This document shows, piece after piece, positions 18,187 to 20,864 of a DNA stretch of 20,864 bases; positions within the stretch are counted from its first letter, which is position 1; each line of letters starts with the position of its first letter. A program made the position numbers and the translations under genes. Origin of the DNA: Candidatus Zixiibacteriota bacterium. Its GTDB lineage: Bacteria > Zixibacteria > MSB-5A5 > UBA10806 > 4484-95. The stretch is taken from the NCBI GenBank assembly GCA_029932605.1, contig JAOZPT010000045.1:1-20864 (forward strand). Reading direction: 5' to 3'. The notes beneath the pieces are model-generated. The model was given only the letters and a program-made list of their open reading frames with translations, was not told the DNA's origin and ran no database searches.

Positions 18187-20864
18187 TTATTTATTGGGCA
18201 GAACTACGGGTGTTTCATCATCACTTTTCCCAAACGATATTGGTGGATTAAGAGGAGGTGTCCATGGGCACCACAAGAGTTCATCTAAATAGTTTTTGAA
18301 AAATGCCACCAGATATGTAATATCCGAGCCACTGAATTCGCAACTACCGTTGACATCACCGGCGGCATAGAGATAGGCTCCCGATGAATCATTCCAGCAG
18401 GAATCCGGTGGCGGATCGCCTAACCCTTTAAAGTAACGGACTCCATAGGTGACATCAAGACCCATGATCTCACCATCGCCATTGATATCACCGGGAATAT
18501 AATCACATCCACTCGATTCACCAAAATACAGTCTGCTAAAGTTTTCAAAAAGAAAATATGTCACCAAACCAAGAGTATCACCAGCTGTGGAGCCACCGTT
18601 GGGAATATTTACACCCGGAGCAAAACATTGAACCGTATCGCCTATTAAATTCGGGTCGTCAACAGCTTTTACGACAAATCTCATGATTCTTGTTGGAGTA
18701 TCGAAATGCAACCATGGGTTTGAACCACCAAATAAATCAGCCCAGCCTAAGAATGATTGGCTTGACCAGCCAGCCGGATTGGGAGGAGATCCTTGAGATG
18801 GTAAGAAGCTAGCATCGTCCCATTCAGTAAGCGGATAAAATAGTTCACCCTCGGTATCGCTTAAAAGGCTATCGATGTACTGATTATCCACACCCAGGCA
18901 GAGATGCATATCTGCTATGTAGGCATCTTCCGGTGTTTGAATATATGTGTTAATACTTATTCTGCTATCAGGTAATCCAACAACTGGTGAACCATCAAGA
19001 TTACCGTACCAGACGATAACGGGTTGATGCAACAATATCATTGGGCTAAAATGTTCAATAAGAGGGAAATTGACTCTACCCAGAGTATCACCGGCAGCTG
19101 ATCCTCCGAGGGATGTATTGATGCCTGGAGCAAAACATTGAACTGTATCACCAACGAAGAGTGTATCGTTAACGGTCTTAACTACAAAAGTCATAATCCT
19201 GGTCGGGGTTTCAAAATGCAACCAGGGATTTGGTTCTCCGAATAAATCAGCCCAGCCTAAAAATGACTGGCTTGACCAGCCTGCTGGATTAGGTGGAGAA
19301 CCCTGAGATGGTAAGAAACTGGCATCATCCCACTCAGTAAGCGGATAATACATTTCACCCTCGGTATCGCTTAGAAGGCTATCGATATACTGGTTTTCTG
19401 TTCCAAGGCAGAGATGCAAATCAGCTATGTAGGCGTTTTCCGGTGTCTGAATGTAAACATCGACGTTTACTCTATCATTTATAAGCCCGATAATTGGTGA
19501 ACTGTCTAAATTGCCATACCATAATTCTACGATTGAATAGGAATGACAGGTTGCAATTGTAGTATCATTACTGTTGTTCTGGTCACCACCAAGCATAGTA
19601 TATGATATTAAGTTATAAGCTGTATCCAGAACAGGAGTAAATGTGGGGGAAAATATAAGAGTGTCGATTACACCAGGAGCAAGATCGGTTACGCCAAGTG
19701 TGTCGGCGACTAAAACGGTTGGATCCCCTTGCATTTTGATTTCATAGACAACATCAAAGGATTGTGACTCGGTTCCAAAGTTGGTAATTTCAGATATAAG
19801 AGGATAAGCCGTGCCATTTTGCATAGAATCCGGTGGACTGAGAATAGATAATGCACCAACATCAATTACAGGTGCCGTTGCGACGACAAATGTGCATGGT
19901 ATATCCACATCCGGATTAACGGGGTCATTGCTTTCAAGGTTGATATTACCGGTATATATACCCTCATCAAGCACCGTAGCATCAAACGTTATTGTAGCGT
20001 TAAAACTATCATGGGGATCGACTGTTCCGGAAGAGGGAGAGGCGAACAACCAGCCAGAGGATATATCTATCGCCAAGTTGTTATGCATATAAGATGAATT
20101 ATAAACAATCTGAAGGCCATCGCTGGCATTGTAGTTTTCAATACCTATCGTGGCACTTATGAGATTGAGGTCGCCAGGGTTCATAACCCCATACTGTAAA
20201 GTGATGTTGCCATTTGGATAAAGGATTGCCTGAAAAGTCAATGAGCCAGTTCCCCACCAATAGTAATAAAAAGGAACTCCTACATAACTTACTATGAAGC
20301 GATTGTTGGCAACATCGCGGTAATAATATATATTACCTCCAGAGGTTGGGTCAAGGTCATCCCACCAGATGGGAATCATATTGTTAGGGAGACTTGAATT
20401 AGGTATAGGAGAGTTGGTGTATGAATTTGATCCGCCGCCAAACGTTAGCATACCATTTGAACAGATGTAAAGAGATGAATAATTGTTATTATAAAATGGA
20501 AATGAAAAACCAACCGATATTGGCCCGGTATAATCATCATCACCAAGATATACAGGTGTCCCAACCCCTGATATATCTATCCAGCTATATGTGGGGCCTC
20601 CCGGTTCATCAGAATCTATCCATATATGGCCGAAGTTATCCGGTCCTCCCTGGCCGGTGATGATAGGCGGGAAGTAGGGTTCTGATATTGCACCTTTTTT
20701 ACCACTGATTGCTTCGTTATAACCTAAAGGTTCAGGCTTTTGTTGAGTAGCTGAAGCTTTTGATTCTTGATTGTTATTTTCGGATAATGAAGTATAAGTT
20801 TCTGTCCCTAGGGTGTAATACAGGGGGCCATCACCATCGTTTGTAAGGGTGAGATTACGTTCCT
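18187..20864 (-). CDS. Large secreted/surface protein (partial, 5' end outside window): NIDO-like, Ig-like and CARDB-like domains, two cohesin-like repeats, C-terminal dockerin
   Basis: The frame stays open from 20451 to the window edge (ERNLTLTNDGDGPLYY...GGPDNFGHIWIDSDEPGGPTYSWIDISG...GFSFPFY...ICSNG-MLTF), so ATG 20451 is internal. Dockerin has the duplicated Ca-binding loops GDINGDGEIMGLDVTY and GDVNGSCEFSGSDITYLV. Confidence 0.88.
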   Translation of the reverse strand, partial: ERNLTLTNDGDGPLYYTLGTETYTSLSENNNQESKASATQQKPEPLGYNEAISGKKGAISEPYFPPIITGQGGPDNFGHIWIDSDEPGGPTYSWIDISGVGTPVYLGDDDYTGPISVGFSFPFYNNNYSSLYICSNGMLTFGGGSNSYTNSPIPNSSLPNNMIPIWWDDLDPTSGGNIYYYRDVANNRFIVSYVGVPFYYYWWGTGSLTFQAILYPNGNITLQYGVMNPGDLNLISATIGIENYNASDGLQIVYNSSYMHNNLAIDISSGWLFASPSSGTVDPHDSFNATITFDATVLDEGIYTGNINLESNDPVNPDVDIPCTFVVATAPVIDVGALSILSPPDSMQNGTAYPLISEITNFGTESQSFDVVYEIKMQGDPTVLVADTLGVTDLAPGVIDTLIFSPTFTPVLDTAYNLISYTMLGGDQNNSNDTTIATCHSYSIVELWYGNLDSSPIIGLINDRVNVDVYIQTPENAYIADLHLCLGTENQYIDSLLSDTEGEMYYPLTEWDDASFLPSQGSPPNPAGWSSQSFLGWADLFGEPNPWLHFETPTRIMTFVVKTVNDTLFVGDTVQCFAPGINTSLGGSAAGDTLGRVNFPLIEHFSPMILLHQPVIVWYGNLDGSPVVGLPDSRISINTYIQTPEDAYIADMHLCLGVDNQYIDSLLSDTEGELFYPLTEWDDASFLPSQGSPPNPAGWSSQSFLGWADLFGGSNPWLHFDTPTRIMRFVVKAVDDPNLIGDTVQCFAPGVNIPNGGSTAGDTLGLVTYFLFENFSRLYFGESSGCDYIPGDINGDGEIMGLDVTYGVRYFKGLGDPPPDSCWNDSSGAYLYAAGDVNGSCEFSGSDITYLVAFFKNYLDELLWCPWTPPLNPPISFGKSDDETPVVLPNK
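18511..19530 (-). repeat. Intragenic tandem duplication, 2 x 510 bp (2 x 170 aa)
   Basis: The Trp codons of WYGNLD lie at 19519-19521 and 19009-19011, exactly 510 nt apart. The copies align without gaps and share a 37-aa identical block. Confidence 0.95.

Noticed and set aside
18511..19530. Repeat pair as the template/variable repeats of a diversity-generating retroelement
   Set aside because: Both copies are in frame within one gene, the differences are not adenine-specific and are largely synonymous in the core, and no reverse transcriptase is present in the window.
19811..20660. Plus-strand ORFs 19811-20092 and 20421-20660
   Set aside because: Antisense to the continuous minus-strand surface-protein frame.
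1..20864. CRISPR array, IS element, rRNA or known riboswitch
   Set aside because: No regularly spaced short repeats, transposase, terminal inverted repeats or recognisable conserved RNA motifs were seen by eye. An Rfam scan would be needed to exclude divergent RNAs.

Overview
Mostly chromosomal housekeeping DNA from an AT-rich diderm bacterium. The dockerin-tipped surface protein and the FadL/PorV-like barrel suggest an FCB-related lineage such as Zixibacteria (inference only). From left to right: the 3' end of coaD (missed by the ORF track), then a convergent zinc-ribbon/TM/PEGA/TPR membrane protein. Next comes a tightly packed 13-gene run, rimP-nusA-infB-DUF503-rbfA-DHH(nrnA)-truB-ribF-rpsO-pnp-M16 peptidase-polysaccharide deacetylase-YvlD-like membrane protein, preceded by a promoter and a leader attenuator hairpin. 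It is followed by tRNA-Arg(CCT), an outer-membrane beta-barrel and a membrane-anchored TPR protein. On the minus strand, a large surface protein runs off the window end and carries NIDO-like and Ig/CARDB-like domains, two tandem 170-aa cohesin-like repeats and a C-terminal dockerin. That protein is the best candidate for something undescribed, possibly a non-cellulosomal cohesin-dockerin scaffold. No mobile element, CRISPR array or defence system is supported.
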